Source of the DNA: Leucoraja ocellata
Taxonomy: Eukaryota
Length of the DNA: 64,000 bases
NCBI GenBank assembly: GCA_036785375.1
Contig: JAWMAR010000039.1
Span: forward strand, 1,426,001 to 1,490,000
Direction of reading: 5' to 3'
Shown here: piece after piece, positions 24,111-37,499 of the stretch
How the letters are laid out: the number at the start of each line of letters is the position of its first letter
Numbering within the stretch: position 1 is the stretch's first letter
Program-made: the position numbers and the translations under genes
The notes under the pieces: model-generated
Database searches by the model: none
The model's input: the letters and a program-made list of their open reading frames with translations, nothing else
What the model was told of the DNA's origin: nothing

Positions 24111-24443
24111 AGTTTTAGTTTAGAGATACAGTGCATAAACAGGGCCTTCGGCCCACCAAATCTGCGCCGACCAGCGATCCCAGTACACTAGACACAAGGA
24201 ACAATTGACAATTTTGACCAAAGCTAATTAGCCTACAAACCTGCACGTCTTCAGATTCACGTTTATTGTCACATGCACCAATTAAGGTACAGTCTTTGGA
24301 ATGTGGGAGGAAACCAGAGCACCCGTGGGGAAACCTACACAATCATGGGGAGAACGTACAAACTCCGTACAGACTGCACCCATAGTCAGGATCGAACCCA
24401 CGTCTCTGGCGCAGTAAGGCAGCAACTCTACCACTGTGCCGCC
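24111..24443 (-). mobile_element. Near full-length HE1-type SINE carrying a ~40-bp LINE-tail insertion
   Basis: HE1 body interrupted at about 24252-24291 by cagattcacgtttattgtcacatgcaccaattaaggtaca, with GTCTT duplicated on both sides. Confidence 0.85.
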
Positions 24444-27400
24444 CCTTCCAGCATTCTACCAGCGTTTCCTATTTTAATTTCAAATATCCAAAATCTGCAG
24501 GTTTTTGGGTTTTCATTTCTTGTTGTAAAATTGTACTTCATTGCAATGTTTCTGCCCATAACACATTCTGATGAGTTGTATCTCGGCTGATTATATAGCC
24601 TGATCTTCCACCCCGCCTCATTGCGAGCACTAGACTTTTTCTCTGTTCGTGTAACACTGTAACACTATATTCTGCACTACTTTTCATTATCTCTTGTACT
24701 TATGTATGGCTTGGTTGTACTCATTGTATGGTCTGACTGGATAGCACACAAACAGAGCTTTAAGCTGTATCTCGGTACACATGCCAATAAAAAAACAAAT
24801 GGCAATATACAAGGTGATGAGAAGTACTACTTTATTTATCATTACTGTGTGCACTTTCAACTCTGTGATGCATCATATGGACAAGGAATCTCGTTGCACA
24901 AGATACAATTTGAATCTATATTTCCACAGCCAATTTATCACTGAGTACCTCAGCCTCCAAAACATCACGTGGTCACACCCTACCCTCTTTCTGCATCTGC
25001 TGAGATCTTTATTCACAGCTTCTTTGTCATGACATCTGAATTTTCCAGTGCTGTGCTTGGCAACATCCCATGTTGTTCACTACAGACACTCATCCAGGAC
25101 CTCACTGGTGATTTCCCTTCCCACTCAGTACTCGTCACTTGTAACCATGTGCTTCCCCTGGCCCCAACACTTTAACTTCAATACATTCACCCTCATGCAC
25201 TCCCTTTACTATGTTACCATCTCTTCTGACTTTTGCTCCTGTTTTGTGGGTCTGGATTTTCTCTGCGTTTGGGTTGTTTCCCTGACCTTGGGGGCATGTT
25301 ATTGCTTTAAAGGCACAGTACAAGTATTGTTTTTTGCTTGAGGCTCCTCGTTGTAACATGATCTTTAGTGCATCCTGCCATCATTACAGCCATCACAGCC
25401 ATAACCCTTGGTGCCACCATCTTAGTAAAGCAGCCAGCTGTAATTCATACACAGTATGAATCAATTCAGTAGTTATGGCATTCACTTTCAGCACTGCTGG
25501 ACTTTGCCTCTTTATTGTGTTGACTGATCAGTCTCTCTCCTTCCCACTTTGTGTAGCCAGAGATGAGATTGGCAACACTCAGGAGCGACCCCATAAACCT
25601 CTCATGGGATTTACAACCCTAGAGTATTCTTCCATTCATTTGTAGAAACAAGGAACTACAGATGCTGGTTTACAAAAGAAGACATAAAGTACTGGAGTAA
25701 TTCAGCGGGTCAGCCAGCATCTCTGGAGAACGTGGATAAGGTGGCGATTTGGATCAGGGCAGGACCCTGCCTTTGATGTTTTGTGTTGCCTTCCTCAAGG
25801 ACAAACCCCAATGACAGCCCTTCAGCTGTCGACACAAGAACCCTTCACCTTAATAGACAATTTCTTTCTCTAGTACAAGTCGGGGAAAGTAATGCCTTTG
25901 AGAGTTTTCCTTCCACCAGACTCGCTTGTATTTGAAGAAAAATAAAGCAGTCCTCTCGTCTGTATAGCACTCTGACTCTCTCACATGTACTCTGGAGACA
26001 CGGTGGAATACATGCCTTCCCGCTGAGCGATTGATTTTCATAAACAAAGAAGTATATGTCAGCAATGGCAATCAGAATGACAATTGTTTTCCTTTTATAT
26101 TTAAAAAGTATCACCACTCTTCCACACATGTGGATATCCCTCTTGTAAGATGTGCGTGCACGCCACATACAATTGCTTTGTTGGTAACAAGCTGTACTGA
26201 TTGAACTCGTCATCAAGCACTGTTTCCTTCCACCTGTAAAAGGAAGATAATAGGCCTCTCATGCATTTTGTTCAACAAACAATTCTCCCTATATTGTTTG
26301 ATAGTCTGCAATCAGCTGGCTCGCTGCCCTGCTGCTGTTAGCTCCCTGAAGAGGCAGGTGCTGTAGTATGATTACTTGGCACTGGGTGAACTAAACTTGT
26401 CATTTTTCTCTGACAACCACTTAGTAATCATTGTGTTCAGAGTGTTTTTACAAGATCGGGAAGAAAAGTAACATTGTGAGAACAATACCAACTATAGTCC
26501 CTGTATATATTTGTTGAACAAAAACCTGATAAGAGCTGGTGGGAAAGACTCAACAAGGCCTTATCGGACAAAGGGAAGTGTGAGGTAAACAGGTCCCCTG
26601 ACGGTCCTTGGCTGTTTCTGCTGTCGCGATGTGTAGATGTTCCTGTCGGGACTGGCATTGATATCCAGGCAGATTGTTGTGGCAGCTATTTTGCTTTTCT
26701 GGATAAGACTCATTACATAGTGAGACCTTGGTGTGCGGGTGCAAATACATCTGTACAGCAGAGCTCTGCGGTAAATGGTGAATGGAGGAGATTCACCAAA
26801 ATTAAGGCTTCATTATGATTGATGAACCGGGGGGGAGCTTAAAACTCAGAGGGGAAGCATTCTGCTTTAATTCTACTTCACTGTTATTAAATTCAGTTTA
26901 GTTAATTGCCACGTGTACCGAGGTACAATGAAAAGCTTTTTGTTGCGTGCTTGCCAGTCCCTGAGATATTACTGCTCTCTTTGAGGAGCCAGGCGGAGGA
27001 TGAGGAAGAGAGTTCCCTCAGCTCCAACTCTCATCTATCTCCTGGACATACCGTCACATCCCAAATACTGATCATCCCTAAATTCACTTATTTTCCATCC
27101 TTGACCCCACAATTATCCTGGGATTGACTGTGTAATTTTAATCTAAACACAAAAGTACTGCAGGACCTCAGTGTGTAGGGCAGAATCCGGTGAGGGAATG
27201 GACAGGTGCCATTTGGGACCGGGACCCTTCATCGGACTATTTTGGCATTTTAATGGCCAGGCAGGTGATTTCTGCAGATTTCATGACGGGTTAGATGGGA
27301 AAGTCAACTTCAGCGTGTTACTGTGGCAGGAGTGTCCCTGCATTGCTGACAGGCCAATTCTGATTACAGGAGGGAAATCTCCCAACGAGTGCCACAGAAT

Positions 27401-27797
27401 GGCAAACCCTGTGTTGTTTGCCTGACTTTCTTGCTTTGCAGCAAAGTCAAATGTTCCATGCGGAGGTGAGGGATTTCCAAACGGGGGAAGAACAAGGTGA
27501 AAAGTGAGTAGGTGTTGTTCAGGACATAGTGATGGTTTAATGTGCTTTTATTGTGACATGTGCAAATGCACAGTTATATTATTGTTGTTATATACAGTCC
27601 AGTACAGTAGTGCCACAGCCAAGCACATCCTCGACTTGCAAATACACAGAAATAATCTACTGAGCTGGCACGCAAGCTGGCATTTTCAGAGCCCAGTCCA
27701 CGCTCCAGTTCTTATGAACGTCGCCCGATCCAGGCAAGCCCCAGGCTGCTGCAGGGCCTCCAGCCATCGCCTTCCTGTTCAACTGTTCAACTTTGAA

Positions 27798-28122
27798 CAG
27801 GTGGCGCAGCGGTAGAGTTGCTGCCTTACAGCACTTGCAGCACCTGAGACCCAGGATCGATCCCGACTGCAGGTGCTGTCTGTAGGAAGTTTCTACGTTC
27901 TCCCCGTGAACGCATGGGTTTTCGCCGAGATCTTCAGTTTCCTCCCACACTCCAAAGACAGACAGGTTTGTAGGTTAATTGGCTAAGGTTTGTATACTTG
28001 GTATAAGTGTAAATTGTCCCTAGTATGTGTAGGCTTGTGTCAATGTGCGGGGATTGCTGGTCGGTGCGGACTCGGTGGGTCGAAGGGCCTGTTTCCGTGC
28101 TGAATCTCTAAACTAAACAAAA
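27798..28122 (+). mobile_element. Full-length HE1-type tRNA-derived SINE
   Basis: Pol III A box tggcgcagcgg, B box ggatcgatccc, body ttctccccgtga..gcatgggtttt..cctcccacactccaaagac, CR1-like 3' end gggcctgtttccgtgctg and ctaaactaaac tail. Confidence 0.9.
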
Positions 28123-28456
28123 CTTTTCTATTTTTCTCTGGTGTAGGAAAGCTGTAGAACCCGAGAATGTGTGAATTTCACACCATCTTCAGAGAACATC
28201 TTGAAAGCTTTGATTATGATTACGATGGAGCTATAATTAAGTCTTTTGGGTCAATGTCATGGTCTGTTCTAATGCAGTCTCTGACAAAGCGGAAAGATAC
28301 TTATTATAGGTTGTAAACCTAAAGAGCTTGCTCTGTCCATGTCTACGCTGGGAGAGTCAAGAATGTCTAATAACATTCTTACTGGCTGTAGCTTCACAGG
28401 CCCATTCATGCAATAATACACAAATAAATATTCAATAATAAATAATACACTCAAAG

Positions 28457-28675
28457 GGAGGTGGATATGTGGAACAGCTGCTAGAGGAGGTAGTTGAGGC
28501 AGGTACTATAACAACATTTAAAAGACACTTGCACAGCGATACGGATAGGAAAGGTTTGGAGGGACATGGGCCAAACGTGAGCAAATGAGACTAGGTTTAG
28601 GTTGGGCATCTTGATCGGCGTGGACAGGTTGGGCTGAAGGGCCAGTTTCAGTGCTCTATGATTCTATGACTGTGA
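28457..28675 (+). mobile_element. CR1 3' fragment
   Basis: tggaacagctgctagaggaggtagttgaggcagg...gggctgaagggcc...ctctatgattctatgac. Confidence 0.75.
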
Positions 28676-31264
28676 CTAATACAATAAATTAATAAGCAGT
28701 AATACTCGGTAACCAGACCCGATCGGAGACAACTGTTGCGTGAATTCCCAGAGGCCAACAATAAAGATCTCTCTTCATTCTTCAGTTTCCTTTCAGAGGC
28801 ACTTTCACACATTCCTTGGTATACACTATTTATCTGCTGGCAATAAATAATGCAACTTCCTATTAACCTTTTTAAAAAAAACACACACAACTAATTTTGA
28901 GCTGTTTGTTGTCCCTGGAGGGAGGGAGAAACCATGGCTATGTGTGTTTGACATGCAGCCCACATTGTATTAAACCAAGCAAGAGCTGACAGTTAGAGAA
29001 GGAAGGTACCGAGATATGGAGTTGGCATCTTAATGTTCACGGGGAAGCCTCATGTTTCTATATTTTATCACACAATCACTTAAAAAAAAATGTCCAGTGT
29101 TTTATTCACTGTTGAAACACTCAGACACCGAGGCCTTACCCACTCTGTATGGCAGAAGTTTGCACTTTCCAGTATAGGTTACATCTGTCGGTAGTTGAGA
29201 ACATTGCTTCTTCTACTACACGGAAGTGTGTGTTGATCCTCTATATCTGCATAATGAGTTGAGATATTTGTACGAGCATTATTAAAAATAATAGATCGAG
29301 TGGACACTTCAATTTACTATCTGGCTGATGCTAATTGTTTAAAACGATCAAAGAAATCCGGGTAATACGGTTAAAAGGCTTACAAGGAAATCACCCGGTT
29401 TCATGTGAGTGGGAGATTTATTCATGCACGTTGCTTATCCATTAGGTCTGTAAAGAGAGTCACTCAAACGCAGGGAGCGCTTGCTTTCTGATCTCAGAAT
29501 TAAAAAGAATGAGGTTTTAAATTTTAAGCTCCCACTGACCTTGCAGATTGCATGTAGCTTTTGGTAGCAGAGTCGAGAAATCTTATTAAATTCACCCTTC
29601 ATAAACCTTCGGAAAAAAATATGATTAATGGTTCCGTTTTAAAAAAAGGAGAAGCTTGGAAAAAAAAAAGCCGCAGCTCCAGTAGTCACACTGCCTCGTT
29701 CAGTCATGGAAAAAATGTAATACCAGTTGTGCTTTTATAGAAAAAACACGCCTAGTCTGTCAAATTGTATGATCAAAAATGTTTGATAAACAGACTGAGT
29801 TCATATGAATCGGAAATAAAGTAAAAACTTACAGCTTGCCAGAATGGGTTGTGCACTTACAGCTGCGGTCATCTTTCATGAGTTGTATTAATTTTACACA
29901 GTCTCACAACCTCCATGCTCCGCTGTAACACGAGTGAGTTTTCTACATATTTTTTGTATTATAAAATCACATTTACAATCCACGGTCTCGTAAATCTGCC
30001 CAATATATCATTAATGTCATTAAAATGCTTAATACCTGCATTGAGACAAAGCAGTTTGATTCATTGGTTGAGAATAGATCAATCAGTGTGCATTTATTCA
30101 TCCAGAGTTCCTTGTTTTATTTCCTCGTTCCACCTTTCACCTACCGGCCTTCCACCCCTGTTCCTTCTCGTCTTTATACCGGCCGTCTTCCTTCTCCACG
30201 CTCAGTCTTGATGCAGGAGCTCAACCCGAAACGTCGACAGTTCCATCCCCCACAGATGCCGCTCGACCTGTTCCAGCAGTTTGTTTCTTGTTCCAGAATC
30301 CAGCATCTGTCTCTCCACTATCATTGCAGAACTCCCTTAATACTCCCGGGGGTTCTCAGCTTAAATAATTTCAAATCCTATCATGGGTCCTGAAGCAACA
30401 CCTCCTGACAGTAATGTGATCGATCGGTGGTTGTCCTGGACTCGGTGGGCCATAGGGCCTGTTTCCTTGTTGTATCTCTCAACTAATCTCAACCAAACAG
30501 TAAAGTGTTAAATGCAACGATTGCATGACCTTCATTTCATGAAATTCAAACAATTTCTGTTCCTTACATCACTGGACAGTTATAAACAGTTGCGACATTT
30601 TGTGTGCCTTGTTTGTTCCTTGATGTCATCTCGTGCAAAAAGGCAGAAAAATCTTGCAGTTGGAAAGCCAAAGTATTTTTGTGGTTATGCATGGTTTGTA
30701 TTTCACATTTTCGATTACTTCAGTACAGCTGCAGCAAGGCTGGTTACTCGCTTTCCGCTCTCAGTCCAAGTTGACTGCTGTGAGGAGTTTTCCTTTCCCT
30801 TCTCTTTGTGCGACTTAAAAATCACCCTCGTTGAGGTCCCTTTGTCCCATTGGGCCTGGAGTTGTGAGGGCTGAGTGGCGCACCACACAGCTGGCCCCAC
30901 CGGTTTATTTGTGTAACATGAAAGCTCAACCGCATTGCCATCGCCTTCTCCCTCAGATAATCCATCAAATAAATAAACGTAAAAAAAGATGTCTGAAGGA
31001 ACATGACATCCAATAGCGCTTTAACCTGACACGCTGGGATAAAGCCATACTAACGTGATGCACACCTGCTCTTAATGGGTTGTGCCGAAAGAAGTGTGGA
31101 GCTGATAAATTTCTTTCCGGACTTGGGATAACGTTTATTTTGTGAAAGCCGGGTTTGTAATCCTTAGAGCACAGACGGATGTAAGAAGGTTTGATGGAGG
31201 CGTACGCGGCGAAGTTGTTCCCCGTGACGGGTGGCTCAAGGGTCAGGGGAACGAGAATTGACCA

Positions 31265-31640
31265 AGAGACACAAGAGACCGCAGATGTTGGAAACCGGAG
31301 CCAAAAAACAAACTGCTGGAGGAGTCAGTGGGTCAGGCAGCATCTGTGGAGGCAGAGGGATGGTCGATGTTTCAGGTCGAGAGCAAAAGACTCAAAGTGC
31401 GGGAGTAACTCAACGGGTCATGGAGCATCTCGGGAGGACATGGATAGGCGGCATTTCCAGTCGGGACCCTTCTTCAGACTAATGTCGGGGGGAGAAAATG
31501 GGAAAATAGTGGTGGGAGCAGAACAAACCCTGGCAAGTGAGAGGTGGATACAGGTGGGGGGGAGATAGATTGGCAGATGGGTGGACATGCATAGGCCGGG
31601 GTAGAAGTAGACAACAGGGTGTCAGATAAAGATTAAAAAG
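31265..31640 (-). mobile_element. Penelope-derived tandem units with purine-rich spacer
   Basis: Two gctggag..actcag.gggtca.gcagcatct units, cccttcttcagact (reverse hammerhead core), then a purine-rich segment like that in 44420-44540. Confidence 0.65.
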
Positions 31641-33003
31641 TAGTAAGCTGTGAGGTCAGATGAAGAGACCTCCCCCCCCCCACCACTCCACACTCCCTCC
31701 CCTCCCCACAATATAGGAGTGTGCTTCGGAGTCATAGTGTTTTTTTTTTAAAGATCTACGTCCTTCAAATCCAAAAAGAAACCAAGAAGATGGTAGTGAA
31801 AGATTTAGGCTGGCATGCATTTCGACCCATTCACCTGGCCCAATGAACAGAGTCCCTGTGGGTGGGGAGAGTAGTGGAGAGCTGGAGTTGAGCATAATAA
31901 TGACAGCAGGAGCAGCGGCCTGGTATGGCACAGCACGGCACCCAGAGGCACGGGAACAATTAATCAGCGTATGTGTTTCCGGAATCCCAAATCCCTACAA
32001 AGGAAAATAAACGTTTGCCATTCATTATTTTATATTCTATAATAGAATCAGAAGTGGAAATAGCACAATTGTTCCTGGATAGGAGGCCGAGGGAAGGATT
32101 GTGCATGTAGGTTATGGATGCTCCTTGCCCAGCCTTAACATACAAAGAACAGGACAGCACAGGAACTGGCCCTTCGGCCCACGATATCTGTGCTGACGTG
32201 ATGCCAAGTTAAACTAATCTCATCTGCTTGTGCCGTGGGGAGTAATGCTGTACATGTGCACCAGCAGACAACCTTCATGCTCCTGTTGCACAAGCTATTG
32301 ATGCTCAGGACTCATGTTCCAGGGGACCTGTGCAGTAGCACTGTCGAAGCAGAACTCACCCTCGTGCCATGACTGCCTCTTAGATCATTAGAATTCTCCT
32401 AACACCCCACACACTTGTAGCTTTAGAATATAATCATGTTTGGCACAGAACATCATCTGTGCTAATCATTCCCTATACTCTGCTCAACTCTCATTCTGAA
32501 ATGAGAAAGGACAAAGGCCAGAACACATCCTGTCACTTTTCATTAGGTGGTAACAGAGGGGAATTAAACACTATTGTCTTTACAAAGTGTCAATGCAAGC
32601 CTAATGCTCCACAGTTTAAATAATGATGCATCTCATGAAAGAGGAAAGGCCAAGCTGAGGATAGATGTTGTGAGCTGCTTAGAGAGCCAGGCGATGGAAG
32701 CTGTCAGTGTTGATGGTTTTAACTTTTGTGTTTCACAATGTATTACGTTTCAAAGCCAGATTTCATTATCATAATGTTAACACTTTTTGTTTTTGTTTTT
32801 ACATTTCATCTTTTTACGGTTGTTTAAAATTAGAAGCCTTTCCCCAGGCTGCCTCAAAATGTTCTTTACTTAATTTTTTAGAGCTATAACGTGAAACCAG
32901 GCCCTTTGGCCCACCGAGTCCATGCTGGCCATCAATCACCTGTTCACACTAGTTCTGCACACGGGCAATTTACAGAGGGCCAATTAACCTGCAAACTCGC
33001 ACG

Positions 33004-33257
33004 ACACGGGAAACCTCACCCGGACCGGACACGGAAAGGATTGACAGATTGATAGCTCTAACTCGATTCTGTGGGTGGTGGTGCATGGCCGTTCTTAGTT
33101 GGTGGAGCGATTTGTCTGGTTAATTCTGATAACGAACGAGACTCCCACATGCTAAATAGTTACGCGACTCCTGAGCGGTCAGCGTCCAACTTCTTAGAGG
33201 GACAAGTGACGTATAGCCACACGAGATTGAACAATAACAGGTCTGTGATGCCCTTAG
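33004..33257 (+). pseudogene. Retroposed 18S rRNA fragment (254 nt, 3' major domain)
   Basis: acacgggaaacctcacccgg...ggtggtgcatggccgttcttagttggtggagcgatttgtctggttaatt...aataacaggtctgtgatgcccttag is eukaryotic 18S sequence; CpG-type decay (ttctgataac, ggtcagcgt); no adjacent rDNA. Confidence 0.95.
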
Positions 33258-33363
33258 GCAGGAACGGGGTATTGATTGTGGATGATCAGCCATGATCACA
33301 TTGAATGGCGGTGCTGGCTTCAAGGGCCGAATGGCCTACTCCTGCACCTATTGTCTATTGTCT
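33256..33363 (+). mobile_element. CR1 3'UTR and tail fused to the 18S fragment
   Basis: aggcaggaacggggtattgattgtggatgatcagccatgatcacattgaatggcggtgctggc...ggccgaatggcctactcctgcacctattgtctattgtc, matching 6003-6120. Confidence 0.9.
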
Positions 33364-36300
33364 TTGGATGTGGGAGGATCCCGGAGCACCTGGAGGAAAC
33401 CCACGCAGTCACAAGGAGAACCTGCAAACTCCACACAGACAGCAACCAAGGTCAGGTTTGGACTCGGGTCTCTGGTGCTGTGAGGCTGTAGTTCTGCGCC
33501 GCTGTGCCGACTGGAATCCAGCCAAGGACTGGAGATGATGTGGAGGTTGGCTGATGTTTGGTCAGTGGTGTTGCAAGAGTCCATTTACTCTCGATGGCAG
33601 AGATCTGTCCTCTTCGGAAGCGAGCTACACTTTCTGGTTGCAATGCTCTTGTGCTGTTGCACATTAATGTAGTGACCGAGATCCTGCTGGAGCATCTTAG
33701 CTGGAGTCTCCCCCGTAAACTTTGACCTCGGAAATTGGCAGACACCAGCTGTCATACAAGGACAGAGAAGGGAAGAGAAATTGAAGGGAAGAGCAACTGA
33801 GGTGAATTGGAGTCATTCGGTTACATGGCGAGAAACAGAATGGAACAGAAAGATTAAGAGAGAGAGAACAAAGAGATACATAGGAAAAGTGAAAAATGGA
33901 AATTGAAATTAAGAGAATGTCTGTGATTGCATCAAATAGATTATATATCTCAATATTGAATAGATACTCACATTGTAAATACCAGCCCTATTATTGAGCA
34001 ACAATTTAAGTGGGCATATGGCGAGCAAAGGTGTTAAACTCTTGAAAGCCAGTTGAGGGCACGTTGCTGCTTTAATAAGGTGGACGTGCATCATCCAGCA
34101 TTGTGTGGTTTTTACATTTTACATGGCATCTCTTCCTCTCCACAGGTCATTACATGTTTGATTCATTTACCATGATAGGCACCATTAAACCCATCGGTTT
34201 ACCTTTGCATATATCACCAGCATGAATGGCAAATTAAGTTTCTCATTGAAATTCTGGCACTCATTTTGCTGAAAGGTATTCGGTCACTGAAATGCCCACC
34301 CAGTGTTGCTCAGTGAGCCTTGAAGAGTATCTTGTCATCAGCCGTTTGCCATCCAATCTGCTTCTCATGTTCCTTTCTGGTTTGAAAACTATCCCATTAA
34401 AAATAAGTTTCAGCACAATGAGTGCAAAAACTGCATTGAAAAACTCTCCGCGCCAGACATGTGATGATATCTGCTCTGCATGAGCCTCTGACGTTGATGG
34501 TGGGTGTCTCAGTTCAGCTCCGTTTAGTTTATTATAACGTGTAGCGAAGTGCAAGGCTTCATGTGGTTCCCTGGCACACTGTCTATACCCAGTCGAGTGC
34601 CTGTACTGTGCTGCCACTCCAGAAGGTTGCAATACACACTAATTCAGCCTCGCTAGGGCTGCTTTGCTTTGGAGGTGTCTCCATCACCAGAGTACAAGTG
34701 ATAAAATGAACCTTTCAGGAAGGGAGAAGAGACAAGGGTTAGGATGTTACTGTGAGATGGGACCTTTGTGGAATGATTGCCTTCAAGTGATGATGCACAG
34801 AACACAAAGTGCTGGAGCAACTCAGTGGGTCAGGCAGCAACTCTGGAGGACATGGGGAGGTGGCGTTTCAGGTCGGGACTCTTGTTTGAGAGGGTGATAC
34901 AAATCATCAGTAGTTGCAAGTCTTACGCGGGTTCCATAAACACGGAGCTGAGCTGACCCGAGGCGTAAACTGGACTACTGACCTCCAAACCTTCGTATTG
35001 CAGAGTTTGGAGGAGGGCAGGGGATGGACTGTGAATTGAAGATATCTGAGGTGACATCAATAGTCTGTTCACCTACGTAAATCAACACCACAACTTTTGA
35101 CATTTTAATCCTTTTTTTCACATTCTTGTATGGTTTGATAACTTTCCCAATATCTGTAAACTCATTGTGCTGCAGTCTGTAAAATCACACCACATCTATT
35201 TTCTAAGCTCTTCCATGTACCTTGGTTGATGTGTTCCACCATTGGCATTCAGCTGTCAAACTCCTGGTTTTCCGTAACTTCTCGTTCACTCCTTTCTCCA
35301 TTTAGATCCTTAAACTGTGCCTTTCGGACAGAGCGTTTGATATCTGTCATAATACCTCTTGTTTCTCGGTGTCAGGGTGCTCTTGTTATGTTTTCGTTTC
35401 CTAACGATGCTGTATGAACAAAGATTGGTGTTGTGGATAGACGTGGGAATGACTGTGGAAAAGTGACAGCCCTCACACTGGGGCAGAGATACAACACACT
35501 GAGTAACACCTCGGTGTTCAACTAACACCATTTCCTCTCCGCTGAGCAGGAACTCTGAGGAAAGAGACAAAAGGGAGCAGAATCTCAAAAGCTGTCCCAG
35601 TCTGCGTTGTGTGCCTCGTTTGTATTACCTGGCGTGAATGGAGTGCCCTGCCTCTGCGATAACACGCATTTTTTCCCGTCTTAAAAACAATGAAGTATTT
35701 TCTATGGCCTGAACTTGTAGCATGGCTATAATATGTCAGTCAGTCCGATCTGATAATCCCTTGTAAAGTTCCAGCTATTCATTTTATCTGTGACTCCTTT
35801 AAAGGAATAAAAGTGATATTTCATTCTTGACATGAAAAATTCATTGAATGTGGCAGTGTAGATCCATCTTTACTTAAAAGCCCTGATGGCCAGACATCAG
35901 GAGGAGCTCAGACCTTAATATCTAATTAAACATCACAAGCGGCAGATTAGGATGATTCACGCCTGACATTTATCACGACATCGTTGTTTCGTTGCTGTTG
36001 CATGTTTCAGCGGATCACTGAAGGGTCAGAGTCTCATTTACACGACAGCATTTGTAAATCTTAGGTAATGTCACCTTTGGTTATCAATGAAACTCCAGTG
36101 AAATTAAATTCTTTTTTTCACGTAGACAGATACACTGTACAATTTTGAACTCCGGGACATTGTTGTGCTGGAATTTTAAATCATCCCATGGGCTAAAACC
36201 TTGTCCAGCGTCGAACCTCCATTAATGCAGTGATCCCTCACTGCTCCCTGTCACAACTGCGTAGCTGAACCGTGGAATAGGTTTAAACTCGTACCTTCTG

Positions 36301-37044
36301 ATGTGAAACTAAGATCCAGTTCGGTGAGCGATGCTGGCTTGCACTTTAGCTGCAGATTGCTCATTTCTTTGTATTTCTAATTAATTAAATAAATGGTATG
36401 ATAATGATGGTAGATATTAAAACCACAAACCATCTATCACTGATCTGACTGCCTGGACACTCTCACTGGTAAATTAATTGAGCCCATTCTTGGGACTTAA
36501 ATTGTACAGTGCTGCTCTACCTTAATTAAAGATTTATTTTGGAGTCCAGTTGAAATGTAATTCCCAGAATTGTAAATGGATTTTGCAGATTTGTTTGAAT
36601 GCATTATCATTTAATTTCCTAGCATTGTTTCAGAAATAGGAAATCTAGTGGGGAATTTTTCTAACTAAAATGTGCAATTTTATACTCAATCTTCCAGTTG
36701 CTTTTAATATTGTTCCAAAATGCACTTAGTTTGCTGTTTAACACAATGCCACCATTCACAGCACGAACATCCCCACAGAGTAACATGGCTTTTACATTTC
36801 ACATGTTGGCTCTCTTATTGAATTATGGGGCCCGTTGTTTTAAGATCAGTGACTGGTTTCAAAAATAATATATTGTGCATAAAAGCTGTGAGATTTTTGT
36901 TTTACCCATGTTGTGGATTAAAGAGAATTTTCTGTGGAGAGGAGTGAGTGCTCTGTGAGGCATTATGGAAAATATTAAAGGTCCTTTGTGCCTTCACAAC
37001 CACTAAAATGTCAGCAAACATTGTTAATGGCGACAAGAGTGATT

Positions 37045-37480
37045 ACCGGTGCTGGAATCGAGAACATAAACAGAACGGTGGAAGAACTCAGCTGATCAGG
37101 CAGCATCTGTAGAGGCAGAAGGTTTGGGTTGAGACCCTGCATCCAGACTGAGAGGGGGCAGGGATAGGGGATGGGGCAAAAAGGTACATAGGTGGAGCCG
37201 GATGGGAAAGGTATGATGGGCAAATGGAAGCAGGTCAGGTGGGGAGTTCGGGACCAAGCCTGGGAGGCAGACAGGGAGGAGGGTGGGCAGATGGACTCAG
37301 GGGGTGGGGAATGGGGGTGGCAGGCTTGAGCAGAAGAGGAATAAATCTGGTTGGAAGTGTAGATCACTGACTGCTGTGGAGCACCGATCATTTCCGTCTG
37401 CATGTTACTTCAACTCTCCTTCCAACTCCCAACTCCCACATCAACACGTCTGTCCTCGACCATCAACATCATGCTTGAAA
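37045..37480 (-). mobile_element. Degraded Penelope 3' fragment
   Basis: gaagaactcagctgatcaggcagcatct, reverse hammerhead-like tttgggttgagaccctgcatccagact, purine-rich spacer. Confidence 0.55.
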
Positions 37481-37499
37481 AGCCAAACACAGATTCGAC

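Larger units (their letters stand above)
32880..33510 (-). mobile_element. HE1-type SINE split by the 18S-CR1 chimera
   Basis: HE1 sequence ...aacctgcaaactcgcacg stops at 33003 and resumes tctttggatgtgggagg at 33361. Confidence 0.85.

Noticed and set aside
25849-26233. Minus-strand open frame between a strong acceptor and a GT donor
   Set aside because: Weak donor, unrecognisable peptide, and phase incompatible with the 42549 candidate exon; a lncRNA exon cannot be excluded
33004-33257. Functional rDNA locus
   Set aside because: Short, decayed fragment with no flanking rDNA, embedded in retroelements
34982-35013. Hairpin CCTCCAAAC...GTTTGGAGG
   Set aside because: A 9-bp stem without TSD or second copy is expected by chance
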